This document shows positions 19,564-29,032 of a stretch of DNA of 64,000 nucleotides, piece after piece. Both the position numbers and the translations under genes were made by a program. Within the stretch, counting starts at the first letter, position 1. Every line of letters begins with the position of its first letter. The notes under the pieces are model-generated. The model made no database searches, was not told where the DNA came from, and saw only the letters and a program-made list of their open reading frames with translations. Location: the NCBI GenBank assembly GCA_004402895.1, contig SORT01000002.1:5947-69946 (forward strand), written 5' to 3'. Source of the stretch: Fidelibacterota bacterium MT.SAG.3 (GTDB lineage Bacteria; Fidelibacterota; SORT01).

Positions 19564-19680
19564 TTTCTCATAAACGTGTAAGTTTTGGCACAAAAAAATG
19601 TGTCTCATAAACCTTGGTTAATAAGACAAAAAACCACTGTCTCAAAAGCTAATTGTCAGAAACTCTCGATTTCATGATCT
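19564..19680. repeat. res-like repeat R3 copy 4 (three subsites)
   Basis: TGTCTCATAAA-ccttgg-TTAATAAGACA (19601-19628) plus flanking subsites. Confidence 0.75.
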
Positions 19681-19714
19681 TTGATTAGATTGTCAAAATC
19701 CCTCATTTTCTGCG

Positions 19715-19826
19715 AATTCACTACATTTCTTGGGTTATATCGTGAGTTTTGCTCATAATTAGCGACTAATATCGTGAGTTCTTTGTGTAATGTAGTGAGT
19801 TTCGGGTCCGTTTAATATCATAGTAA
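19715..19826. mobile_element. Putative tyrosine-recombinase site: 13-8-13 core plus two direct repeats (R4 copy A)
   Basis: AATTCACTACATT-TCTTGGGT-TATATCGTGAGTT (19715-19748), AATATCGTGAGTT (19768-19780), AATGTAGTGAGTT (19789-19801); inverted homologue at 25122-25243. Confidence 0.65.
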
Positions 19827-19844
19827 AAGTAGGGCATCTCAGCC

Positions 19845-20453
19845 CTATTCTTCATCTGATTCCAGATTCTTTAATGCTTCTTCCACGTCTGTATCCATCA
19901 CATCAGCATATACCTGAGTAACCGTCGGTGAACTATGACCGAGTTGCCTCTGCACAAGCCTGAGATTATACCCGCTCGCTTTATAGAGATTTGTTGCATA
20001 GGTATGTCGTAGTGAATGAATTGAGTAGTGAGCGGAAATCCGCGCTCTTTTCGCCCATTTTTTAAAGACCTGCTGTATTCCAGACCGTGTCATCCTCTCC
20101 CCTCGCTCTGAAGGAAAGAGGTACTGTGAGTTAATAGATCGATAATCTAAGAATTCTATGATATGCTTCTTCAAATTTGATCCAATATCGACAACTCGAT
20201 CTTTCCCTCCCTTGCCGTTTTTCACATGGATCGAACTCTGACCTCTCTTGAGGTAGAGACCCTCAATTTTTAAGTTCGCCATTTCCGAGACGCGTAGCCC
20301 AGATCCGAGTGCTAACTCAATTATCAATGCATCCCGGACTGGCGCTTGTACTCCTCTCGATTTTGCGATTGTCGCTGCTTCACTGCAAGTCTTTCGAAGT
20401 TGTTTTGTTTCTTCCGGAGTTAAGAATTTATCCGGTGTTAGAATCCAATTCAT
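19845..20453 (-). CDS. Small tyrosine recombinase (catalytic domain only, 202 aa)
   Basis: GLRVSE (R), GKGGK (K), HSLRH (HxxR), LGH, TQVY (Y) all intact; RBS AAGGAGG. Confidence 0.93.
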   Translation of the reverse strand: MNWILTPDKFLTPEETKQLRKTCSEAATIAKSRGVQAPVRDALIIELALGSGLRVSEMANLKIEGLYLKRGQSSIHVKNGKGGKDRVVDIGSNLKKHIIEFLDYRSINSQYLFPSERGERMTRSGIQQVFKKWAKRARISAHYSIHSLRHTYATNLYKASGYNLRLVQRQLGHSSPTVTQVYADVMDTDVEEALKNLESDEE

Positions 20454-20498
20454 GGTTAAGTCCTCCTTCGAGGTTCTTATACCATATTATTTTCAATC

Positions 20499-20631
20499 AA
20501 GACTTGGAGGAAGTAAGGATCATTCTTGGGCAATACTTAATCGATACTTGGAGCATACTTGAGCAATTCTTGGAAGTTACTCATTATAGTTCTAATCCGA
20601 TTCTTTTCGGATTTTCTAGATATTCTTGGTA
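20499..20631. repeat. 11-bp-period array upstream of the recombinase
   Basis: CATTCTTGGGC/AATACTTAATC/GATACTTGGAG/CATACTTGAGC/AATTCTTGGAA...GATTCTTTTCG...TATTCTTGGTA. Confidence 0.65.
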
Positions 20632-20865
20632 TAATCTATTGTTATTATTTCACTTACCTAAAACAAAGGTCGGTTGTAGGAATGAAAAAGAAAAGCTTTA
20701 TCTTTATGTTATTATTATACTTACAAGATTATATCCTATGATAGCTCATTTCAATTTATCAGAAATGTAAACTCTATATATTGTGAATAGCCCTTGCGAA
20801 TATACCAAATATGGGGTATCTTATATGTCGATTAAAAGATAAATAATGGAATTGGAGAATCAAAA

Positions 20866-21129
20866 ATGGCTAGCAAAAAGAAAATTGAACAAGCTTGGGA
20901 TAAAGCCAAACCTATCAGGGGTAAAAATCCTGATTCGTGGCGTAAGGATAAATTTGGTAACAAAATTAGGCATGGTTCATATGGTACTGAGGGCGATTAT
21001 GGATGGGAGTTAGACCATAAAAATCCACAATCAAAAGGAGGTTCCAACAAACCGCAAAATATTCAACCCTTACATTGGGAAGAGAATCGACAAAAGAGTG
21101 ATAAATATCCCTATAAGAAGAAAAAATAA
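20866..21129 (+). CDS. Small HNH endonuclease
   Basis: WRKDKFGN...GWELDHKNPQSKGGSN..NIQPLHWEENRQKSD. Confidence 0.85.
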   Translation: MASKKKIEQAWDKAKPIRGKNPDSWRKDKFGNKIRHGSYGTEGDYGWELDHKNPQSKGGSNKPQNIQPLHWEENRQKSDKYPYKKKK

Positions 21130-21156
21130 TGCTGAGTAGATAGCAAAGAGAATCAT

Positions 21157-22050
21157 ATGTCTATACCAAAAGCTACTCGCGACATGCTACTTGTTGAAGC
21201 ACAACATCGGTGTACAGTCTGTAACGAAAAGTGCTTTGAAATTCACCACATCATAGGAAAAGCTGACGGTGGAGATGATAGCCCAGAAAATTTGATTGTT
21301 ATGTGTCCAAACTGTCATCAACATAGATATCATCGATCAGGTGAATTCACTCGAGATCAATTACGGCAATATAAGAAAAATTTACAAGACAGAAATGAAA
21401 TCGAGAAAAGATTACTTCAGAATATAGAAGATCTCTGGAAAGAGATTAAAGAAAAATCCGCTGCGGAAATTAACAAGAGTTTAATCACCAAACTTGAGGA
21501 CGCCAATCAATTAATTGACAAAAGCAGATCACCTAAAATTGCTCAATCAGTAAGCCAAATGGCAATAAAAATGGCGGAATTATCCATTATGCCCAATGCA
21601 GCTAGGCGTGCAATAGAAGTTAAATATGAAGTAGAGCGACAGCAACTTAAGTCAAGCGTAGATCAATTATCAGTGGTTGGGATTGATGACGATGCTTATC
21701 GTAAAAACAATAAGTTTGGTCGAGCTTACGAATTTGTCCTAATTTTGGATCATTCGCCTGATTCAGACTGGGTGAAAATATTTGACTACAATTACAAGAA
21801 TAGTGGGTATTCAATGAAAAGAGAAACACATATTAGAGGTGATAGGGCTGTTATGATTATAGCAGATTCGGATGATTTACAAGCACACACGAATTGGGTA
21901 AAGAAGTTGGTTGGGGAAACAAATACATGGCTTACCACTGAGGGATATCGAAATATTGATTGCCTGATCAACGAATCTCTTCACAAAGAACTAGAACAAT
22001 TTGATGCAATTCAGTCAATGAAAAAACGTACACAGAGTATAAAGATTTAA
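21157..22050 (+). CDS. HNH endonuclease domain protein with coiled-coil and unknown C-terminal domain
   Basis: CTVC...EIHHI...GGDDSPENLIVMCPNCH. Confidence 0.8.
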   Translation: MSIPKATRDMLLVEAQHRCTVCNEKCFEIHHIIGKADGGDDSPENLIVMCPNCHQHRYHRSGEFTRDQLRQYKKNLQDRNEIEKRLLQNIEDLWKEIKEKSAAEINKSLITKLEDANQLIDKSRSPKIAQSVSQMAIKMAELSIMPNAARRAIEVKYEVERQQLKSSVDQLSVVGIDDDAYRKNNKFGRAYEFVLILDHSPDSDWVKIFDYNYKNSGYSMKRETHIRGDRAVMIIADSDDLQAHTNWVKKLVGETNTWLTTEGYRNIDCLINESLHKELEQFDAIQSMKKRTQSIKI

Positions 22051-22150
22051 AAGATAGAAATTATGCATGAATTTCACATCAACGATTTACGGAATATGAG
22101 TCACATCAAAGACCAAACCACAATGTATAACTAAAATAAACAGAAATGAT

Positions 22151-23968
22151 TTGTGGAATAGTTTAAAGTCAACTTTCAGTAGATTACGGATATCAATCTT
22201 TAGAAAATATTTCCTTCTAAGGTACAAAGTTAAAAATTTTAGAAAAAAATATTTTTTACTAATAATTATCCTTTTCTTATTTCTGATAGTTCATATAATT
22301 CCCGTTTCCCTGAGAGCTATTCCCTTCCCTTACATTTTTTCCAATTATAGTCAGATGTTGACAATTATAGCTTCCTCCCTATCTTCAATACTGGGCATCC
22401 TCTTTGCAGTGTTGCTCGTAGCAAGCGAATTAACCAAGAAACGGTATCCTTCTTCAAGTTTTAAATCTTTGTTTAGTGACAAAGATATTATGCGTTTATT
22501 TCAAATATTTATTTCTACTATTTTAATATCTATTTATACGCTATTAGCCTTAAATCCTAGTACTTCATCCCAGGTGATTAATGATAACCTCACTCATTTT
22601 AGTTTGATTTTATTTATGTTCTGCCTCTTATACATTTACCCTACCTTGAAGAAAGTAATAATCTCTACCGTATCAAAAACAGAAATAAAAACGCTTGCAA
22701 ATCAAATTAACATTCAGCACGTCTTTCAATTAGATCAGAATAGAGCCCGATCCGAACCGACAATGTTTTATTCTTTTGCAGAAGATAATCCAATCATTAA
22801 ACTTTCAGAAATATCGATGACAAGCATTAAAAGTGGCGACATTATTACTCCCAAGATTGTAATCGGAGAGGCTACGAACGCGCTTATAAGTTTATTAGAC
22901 CGAAATAATGCTTCATACGACACTAGAAACTACATCAGCGGGTTTTCTGCAATATTCAATGTTACAGTGACTCATGCCATCAAATCTGACCAAAGAGGCA
23001 CATTAAGTAATGTCATAAATAGTTATGAGCGAATTCATAAATATTGTGCTGAAAACAAGTTTCCCCATTATGAATTAACTGAATTGAACGAGCAGCTAAA
23101 GGCTATTATAAGCAGAATCATAAAATCTAATTTAGATGATGTAGCACATGATTGCATCTGGTCAATTAGAAATATCTTTGGATACCATTTACGACATAAC
23201 ATTCCCGAAGAGAAGGACATAACATTCTTTAGCAAGAATTATGAAAATCCTAATCGGGATCTCGACAGCCAATGGCACGCAATTAGCACTGAGTATTTGA
23301 GAATGATTTACTATTTAACTAAGGAATGTATCGCTCTTGGTAAAGGAGATTTAACAATAAAATTCATTAATTGCCTATCTTCAATCCCAGAAATGATTGA
23401 GAGATCTAGTTTAGGAAATCAACAAATAAAATCAATGTATCAATCTTGTTACTATTACTTATATGATCTAGCTGTCCAAAGCATCAAGTCGGGAATAATA
23501 AATGAATTTGAAAAGCCTAGCATATTTTCCATGCTTCATCTTACATCATTGATCAAAAGTGAAAAGGATTGTGTTCAGGTCCCATTTCATTACTTTGGAG
23601 AATATCTATTCATTCTCACAGAAAATAGATTGCTAGATCAATTCTTATTAAATGAATTTATTGCAACAGGTCGAACTTGCCTGTCCGAAAATAGTAATTC
23701 AAAGTTAAATCTCGAATCAATATTATACATAATAAGTATATTAAGCAGGATTAAGGACAAATTAGAAGGCATGGAAGATCCATTTAGATCTAAATTATAT
23801 GTAGAATTATACTATCAAGTTGGATCACTAATTAAATGGCAAAATACGGAGAATTTTACTAATGAAAGGGTTCAAAATGAACTATCAGCTCTAACTAATA
23901 GTTTTAATCGAATAGATGAGTTTAAACTTAATATGAATGAGTTGAGTGTAGAATGGCCAGGGATTTGA
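22151..23968 (+). CDS. Membrane protein, DUF2254-like N-terminal TM region with large helical C-terminus
   Basis: About four N-terminal hydrophobic segments (LTIIASSLSSILGILFAVLLVASEL...Y); visibly AT-rich gene. Confidence 0.55.
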   Translation: MWNSLKSTFSRLRISIFRKYFLLRYKVKNFRKKYFLLIIILFLFLIVHIIPVSLRAIPFPYIFSNYSQMLTIIASSLSSILGILFAVLLVASELTKKRYPSSSFKSLFSDKDIMRLFQIFISTILISIYTLLALNPSTSSQVINDNLTHFSLILFMFCLLYIYPTLKKVIISTVSKTEIKTLANQINIQHVFQLDQNRARSEPTMFYSFAEDNPIIKLSEISMTSIKSGDIITPKIVIGEATNALISLLDRNNASYDTRNYISGFSAIFNVTVTHAIKSDQRGTLSNVINSYERIHKYCAENKFPHYELTELNEQLKAIISRIIKSNLDDVAHDCIWSIRNIFGYHLRHNIPEEKDITFFSKNYENPNRDLDSQWHAISTEYLRMIYYLTKECIALGKGDLTIKFINCLSSIPEMIERSSLGNQQIKSMYQSCYYYLYDLAVQSIKSGIINEFEKPSIFSMLHLTSLIKSEKDCVQVPFHYFGEYLFILTENRLLDQFLLNEFIATGRTCLSENSNSKLNLESILYIISILSRIKDKLEGMEDPFRSKLYVELYYQVGSLIKWQNTENFTNERVQNELSALTNSFNRIDEFKLNMNELSVEWPGI

Positions 23969-24230
23969 TTTATATTTCATGTTATTAAACACTTTCTTTA
24001 TTAGTCTTGAACTGAACATCCACTCCCCCACATCCTTCCAACGCTTTTTATACCTCAAAGGTGAACCAAATGGTTAGCTTTCCCACTTGTTAATCTTAGA
24101 AGCGCTTATTGCTCTCCTTTTATTTCAACAACACCATCTTCCTCGTCTAGACGAAATCGCCTTCTACAAGTCCGGAAATTTCAGTCTCATAATAAGATAT
24201 GCTTATGTATCAGAGAGTTAGGCATTTCGC

Positions 24231-24259
24231 TTGCATTCTCGAGTACGATGAGTTATTCT
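24231..24259 (+). promoter_or_regulatory. Sigma70-type promoter, conserved in the duplicate at 25347-25376
   Basis: TTGCAT-N17-TATTCT (N18 in the second copy). Confidence 0.55.
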
Positions 24260-24296
24260 TGAACACGTATTTAATCGAACAACCGGGAGTGAAACA

Positions 24297-24818
24297 ATGA
24301 TACATAACCACCGAATTCTTTATTTACTCATAATAATGCTTTCCGTGCCTTTTCTGGTGGGTTGTACGACAGCACCTCCGCCACCTCCTCTGGATACATC
24401 AGCTGCGGACAGTCGGGCTATAGAAGCTGCCAGCGCTCAGTGGGTTGATGCTTTCAACCAGGGTGATACAGCAGCTCTTGCCGCACTTTACACAGAAGAG
24501 GCAAAACTTCTTCCGCCAAACAGCCAAATGATTGTCGGTAGGGAGGGTATACAAGCCTTTTTCCAAGGTAGCTTCGACGCTGGTGAAGCGAAGGTACAAC
24601 TCACAGTGATAGAGCTTTCTGTGAGTGGAGACATAGCGCATGTGGTCGGCAAATATACATTCACCCTGCAGCCCGAAGATGGTGAGGCTATCAGCGATAA
24701 TGGTAAGTACGTGGAGATATGGAAGCGTGAAAACGGTACATGGATAATGGATAAGGATATCTGGAACTCAAGCGTACCGCGTCCTACCGCTGAAAAAGAA
24801 GAAGAAGAAGAACTGTAG
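24297..24818 (+). CDS. DUF4440/YybH NTF2-like lipoprotein, copy 1
   Basis: Lipobox LVGC; AFNQGD...LYTEEAKLLPPN...GREGI...GKYVEIWKRENGTW...DIWNS. Confidence 0.85.
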   Translation: MIHNHRILYLLIIMLSVPFLVGCTTAPPPPPLDTSAADSRAIEAASAQWVDAFNQGDTAALAALYTEEAKLLPPNSQMIVGREGIQAFFQGSFDAGEAKVQLTVIELSVSGDIAHVVGKYTFTLQPEDGEAISDNGKYVEIWKRENGTWIMDKDIWNSSVPRPTAEKEEEEEL

Positions 24819-25121
24819 ACGTAAATACAGGCTGTTATCAGCCTAATTACCTCAACGGGAGAAACTCTAAACGCCTAATTTCTAAGGGCTTAGGTGATCG
24901 TGTGGTACTGCCCCCCCGGACAATGTTCGGGCTCACCCGGACTGAGCCCGTGAGGGTAGGCTGTAAGTGTTGGTAATAGTACGTTTTGTCATAACCTGAA
25001 ATGTAGCTAGATTTGCCTTCTACTAGGTATATCATTTGATTTGAACAAGTTTCATTTTACGGTTCAAGATTGGATATATAAGGGCATATATATTCTGTTT
25101 TTTCAGAGACCTATCCCAATT

Positions 25122-25243
25122 TGCCCTACTATTGTTCTAAAGTTAAACCGACTGCGAACCCACTACATTACCCAATGGACTCACGATATTACTCACAGAT
25201 TTTCAGCAAAACTCAGGATATTTGCGTTGAAATGTGGTGAATT
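25122..25243. mobile_element. R4 copy B, inverted relative to 19715-19826
   Basis: AACCCACTACATT (25157), GACTCACGATATT (25178), AACTCAGGATATT-TGCGTTGA-AATGTGGTGAATT (25210-25243); same 21- and 32-bp spacings as copy A. Confidence 0.65.
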
Positions 25244-25413
25244 TCGAATAATCACAATCGATATTATGATATTCTTAAAGCAGAATGTGTAGCTTTGGAT
25301 CTATTACAACTTTTGTTAGCAAAGCCACAGGAAGTTAGCATTTCGCTTGCATTCCCGATGGACAATGAGTTATTCTTGGATACGTATTTAATCAAACTAC
25401 CGGGAGTGAAACT

Positions 25414-25926
25414 ATGATACATAACCACCCAATACTTTTTTTACTCGTTCTAATGCTTGCCGTACCCATTCTTTTGAGTTGTACGACAGCGCCACCACCA
25501 GATACCACTGCTGAGGACACTCAAGCTATAAATGCTGTCATAAAGCAGTTTGTCGATGCTTTCAACCAGGGTGATGCAGCTGCTGTTGCCGCACTTCACA
25601 CAGAAGAAGCAAAACGTCTTCCGCCAAACAGTCCACTGATTGTCGGTAGGGAGGGTATACAAGCTTGGATGCAAGCCAGCCACGACGCAGGCTTAGGAAA
25701 TTTACAACTTACAGTGATAGACCTTCATGTGAATGGTGATATGGCACACGTGGTCGGCAAGTACACGCTCACCATACAGCCCGAAGAAGGTGAGGCTATC
25801 AGCGATAATGGCAAATTCGTGGACTTATGGAAGCGTGAAAACGGTACCTGGAAGATAGATGTGAACATCTTTAACAGCAGTGTACCGCTTCCTGCCCCTG
25901 AAGAAGAAATGACAGAAGAAGAATAA
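25414..25926 (+). CDS. DUF4440/YybH NTF2-like lipoprotein, copy 2
   Basis: Clear paralog of 24297-24818 including flanking DNA. Confidence 0.85.
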   Translation: MIHNHPILFLLVLMLAVPILLSCTTAPPPDTTAEDTQAINAVIKQFVDAFNQGDAAAVAALHTEEAKRLPPNSPLIVGREGIQAWMQASHDAGLGNLQLTVIDLHVNGDMAHVVGKYTLTIQPEEGEAISDNGKFVDLWKRENGTWKIDVNIFNSSVPLPAPEEEMTEEE

Positions 25927-26178
25927 CTGCAGAGAAGAACAGAGGCTGTTTTCAGCTTAATCAGCTCAAAGGCAAAAACTCTAAATGCCTAATTTTTAAT
26001 GGTTTAGGCGATCGCTTGATGTTGCCCCCCCGGACAATGTTCTGGTTTGCTAAGAATGGAGACTGCCCTAGAATAAAGAAACAGGCGAGAACGCTAACTG
26101 AGTATCACTCTCTTTTCTACGTGCTATCCGATGTTTAGAGGGCCACAGGAAAATCCATTAGACTGGCTCTCCTGTACC

Positions 26179-26691
26179 TCAAAAAATTGAAAACATTAAC
26201 ACAAGAATTAACGATTGAATGAACCAGCCGATCAGGCAGACCCCTACAGCGCGGAGTGTACTCTGGTAGTCAAGAGCTTGCCTTACCGCGATAACCATTG
26301 CCACCAACATCCAAATTGCGGCGAATAGAAAAACTACCCCTGTCAACCCCGGGATAATAGCAAATACTCGGATCAACCCAGGGGAACTAGAAAAGCCGAT
26401 TGTTCGCAACAACTCACCGTGGTCTGCTTTGGTCTGTGGCTCGGGAAGAACTCTCGTTCCAATAAAGTAAGTTAGATAGGCCCAGACATACCATCCGATG
26501 AGGGCTACAACAGTCCCCGTCAAGATCCCGCCAAACCCTCCTCTTTCAATGCTTCCCAATCCCGCTGCGATACTGGAAAGAACAACAACCCCCATGGCCT
26601 GGCGCATTGCACCTTTATCCGCCTCGACTTCTTCATACAGGTTGGCATCCAGCATTGCAGCACGAATAATACGGTTCTTAAAACTTGTCAT
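26179..26691 (-). CDS. YIP1-family membrane protein
   Basis: RAAMLDANLYEEVEAD...LLRTIGFSSSPG...VIAVRQALDY; about five TM segments. Confidence 0.75.
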   Translation of the reverse strand: MTSFKNRIIRAAMLDANLYEEVEADKGAMRQAMGVVVLSSIAAGLGSIERGGFGGILTGTVVALIGWYVWAYLTYFIGTRVLPEPQTKADHGELLRTIGFSSSPGLIRVFAIIPGLTGVVFLFAAIWMLVAMVIAVRQALDYQSTLRAVGVCLIGWFIQSLILVLMFSIF

Positions 26692-27077
26692 TGCACCTTC
26701 TTGAACTAATTAACTAATATAACCAGCTATAACTCTATGATCCGTTTTCTAAGTTAGTATCTTGATATTTGGAAGATACTCTAAGTCACTGCCATCAGTC
26801 AATAGGAATGTCATGGTCGATACTTAGTTGGGAAACATCGCCATATGAGACTGTATCTGCAACAAGTAATAATAAAAGGCTGACAATCATCGACTGCCAG
26901 CCCCTTCTTGCTATGAGATGGATTGGATATAAAAGGACACTTATGTATCCAGTTTTATGAATTAGCTATTTATGATGCAATATTTAGTTATACTTCGATT
27001 ATGTTATGAAAGTCGAAGTAGAGTTATTAGAAAATTTTTAATTTTATTGTAAAGCTAAACCAAAACATTTAAGGCAT

Positions 27078-28481
27078 CTATTTCTTACTTATACCCGGTT
27101 TTGTGAGTTTCATGAGGTTTAGGACTCTGTTTATCTTGTCGTCTGAAAGGAGCTTTTTGCTCTTAAGTATCTGACGGATCGTCTTACCCTTTTTGAATGC
27201 CTCTTTGCTGATCTTCGCGGCTCTGTCGTAGCCGATTATAGGCGCGAGAGGTGTCGCGTTAGCGAGGCTCTGCTCGACTAATTCAGCGGCGCGCTCCCTG
27301 TTGACCTCTATACCGTCCACGCATTTTGACGCGAATGTCGCCGAGGCGGTCGAAAGCAGTTCTATCGATTGCAGCAGGTTATGAGCCATAACGGGCATCA
27401 TGACGTTGAGTTCGAGAAGTCCACCCTGCCCCGCATTCGTGATAGCCGCGTCGTTGCCTATGATCTGCGCGGTCACCTGCATCACCATCTCCACCATCAC
27501 GGGGTTGACCTTACCCGGCATTATGGAGGAGCCGGGCGCGACAGCGGGCAGGTCTATCTCTCCAATGCTCGTGCGCGGTCCCGCTCCCATGAGCCTAATA
27601 TCGCTCGCCGCTTTCGAGATTCCGACGGCGGCTGATTTGAGTACGCCGGAAACATAAACGACGGCGTCTTTCGAGCCTTGCGCTTCAAAATGGTTTTTCG
27701 CTTCTATGAATTTCGCGCCCGTATCGAGCGAGATCTTCATCGCCACTTTTCTGCCGAAATCGGGATGAGCGTTTATGCCCGTTCCGACCGCTGTCCCGCC
27801 GACAGCGAGCTCTAATAGATCGTTCGAGGCGAGTTTTATCCTGCCAATTGCGTGACTAACCTGAGAGGCGTAACCGCCGAACTCCTGTCCGAGCCGTACG
27901 GGAGTCGCATCCTGAAGATGCGTCCTTCCTATCTTCACTATCTTGTCAAATTTCTTCGCTTTGATCCCAAACGACTCTTCAAGCTGCTTTAACGCGGGAA
28001 TCAAGTCCTCATGTATAGATATATACGAAGAGAGATGAATAGCGGCAGGGATCACATCGTTGGAGGATTGGCACATATTCACATGGTCGTTCGGATGCAC
28101 AGGCTCCCTCGAACCGACAACGCCGCCCATAAGTTCGCTCGCCCTGTTCCCGATAACCTCGTTCGCGTTCATATTGGTCGAGGTGCCTGAACCGGTCTGG
28201 AAGATGTCGATAACGAACTGGTCATCCATTTTACCGTCAACCACTTCGGTCGCCGCCTTGACGATAGCTTTTTTCCTGTCGCTGTCGAGCAGACCGAGTT
28301 CGCCGTTCACGCGTGCCGCCGCTCTTTTTATCATTCCGAGCGCCTGAATGAACCGCCTTGAGAAGCGGATACCGCTGATAGGAAAGTTCTCCACCGCACG
28401 CTGTGTTTGCGCTCCGTAATAAGAATTTTCGGGTACTTTCATCGTACCCATAGAGTCTTTTTCGATTCGAGTTTTCATCAT
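27078..28481 (-). CDS. fumC: Class II fumarate hydratase
   Basis: RIEKDSMG, QTGSGTSTNMN, KIGRTHLQDATP, GSSIMPGKVNP; RBS before MMKTR. Confidence 0.95.
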   Translation of the reverse strand: MMKTRIEKDSMGTMKVPENSYYGAQTQRAVENFPISGIRFSRRFIQALGMIKRAAARVNGELGLLDSDRKKAIVKAATEVVDGKMDDQFVIDIFQTGSGTSTNMNANEVIGNRASELMGGVVGSREPVHPNDHVNMCQSSNDVIPAAIHLSSYISIHEDLIPALKQLEESFGIKAKKFDKIVKIGRTHLQDATPVRLGQEFGGYASQVSHAIGRIKLASNDLLELAVGGTAVGTGINAHPDFGRKVAMKISLDTGAKFIEAKNHFEAQGSKDAVVYVSGVLKSAAVGISKAASDIRLMGAGPRTSIGEIDLPAVAPGSSIMPGKVNPVMVEMVMQVTAQIIGNDAAITNAGQGGLLELNVMMPVMAHNLLQSIELLSTASATFASKCVDGIEVNRERAAELVEQSLANATPLAPIIGYDRAAKISKEAFKKGKTIRQILKSKKLLSDDKINRVLNLMKLTKPGISKK

Positions 28482-28501
28482 CCCCTCTCCGTTCCCAACA
28501 G

Positions 28502-29020
28502 CTAACTGCTCAATTGCTTTATTATTTCTCTGCAAAACGCGGGAAGATCTTCCGGTTTACGTGACGTTATCAGGTTACCGTCCACGACCACCTCGCTGTC
28601 TGTCCAATCGGTCCCCGCCGCGATCATATCATCTTTTATCGCAATGTAGGATGTGGCTTTCTTCCCTTCAAGTATGCCCGCCGATACGAGCACCCACCCC
28701 GCATGGCAGATAGCCGCCACGACCTTACCTTCGTTATTCATGGTCCGGACCAGATCCACCGCGTGCTTGTTCAGACGAATCTTGTCGGGCGCCCAGCCAC
28801 CCGGTATGATCACAGCGTCAAAATCGGCTGCCGAGCATTCCTCAATCTGAAGATCGACGTCTATCGGATAACCGTTTTTGCCGTAGTATGTTTTGTCGCC
28901 GATCCCGGCGCAGGTGACGTCCGCTCCCGCTTCCGTCAAACGCAATTTCGGATACCAGACTTCCAAGTCCTGATAAAGCGGACCGATAGGTATCAGTACT
29001 TTTTTACCGTTAAGTTCCAT
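28502..29020 (-). CDS. PfpI/DJ-1 family (type 1 glutamine amidotransferase-like) protein
   Basis: DLEVWYP, IPGGWAPD, AICHAGW, DGNLITSR. Confidence 0.92.
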   Translation of the reverse strand: MELNGKKVLIPIGPLYQDLEVWYPKLRLTEAGADVTCAGIGDKTYYGKNGYPIDVDLQIEECSAADFDAVIIPGGWAPDKIRLNKHAVDLVRTMNNEGKVVAAICHAGWVLVSAGILEGKKATSYIAIKDDMIAAGTDWTDSEVVVDGNLITSRKPEDLPAFCREIIKQLSS

Positions 29021-29032
29021 TTCAGCTGCCTT

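Noticed and set aside
19845-20453. Integron integrase with attC cassettes, or XerC/XerD
   Set aside because: Too short, lacks the core-binding domain and the IntI-specific insertion; no RYYYAAC...GTTRRRY attC pattern recognised
23990-24180. Possible degraded minus-strand gene
   Set aside because: Multiple stops and no identifiable family
24928-24950. Hairpin CGGGCTCA-7-TGAGCCCG as a terminator
   Set aside because: No U-tract on either strand and not conserved in the duplicated unit
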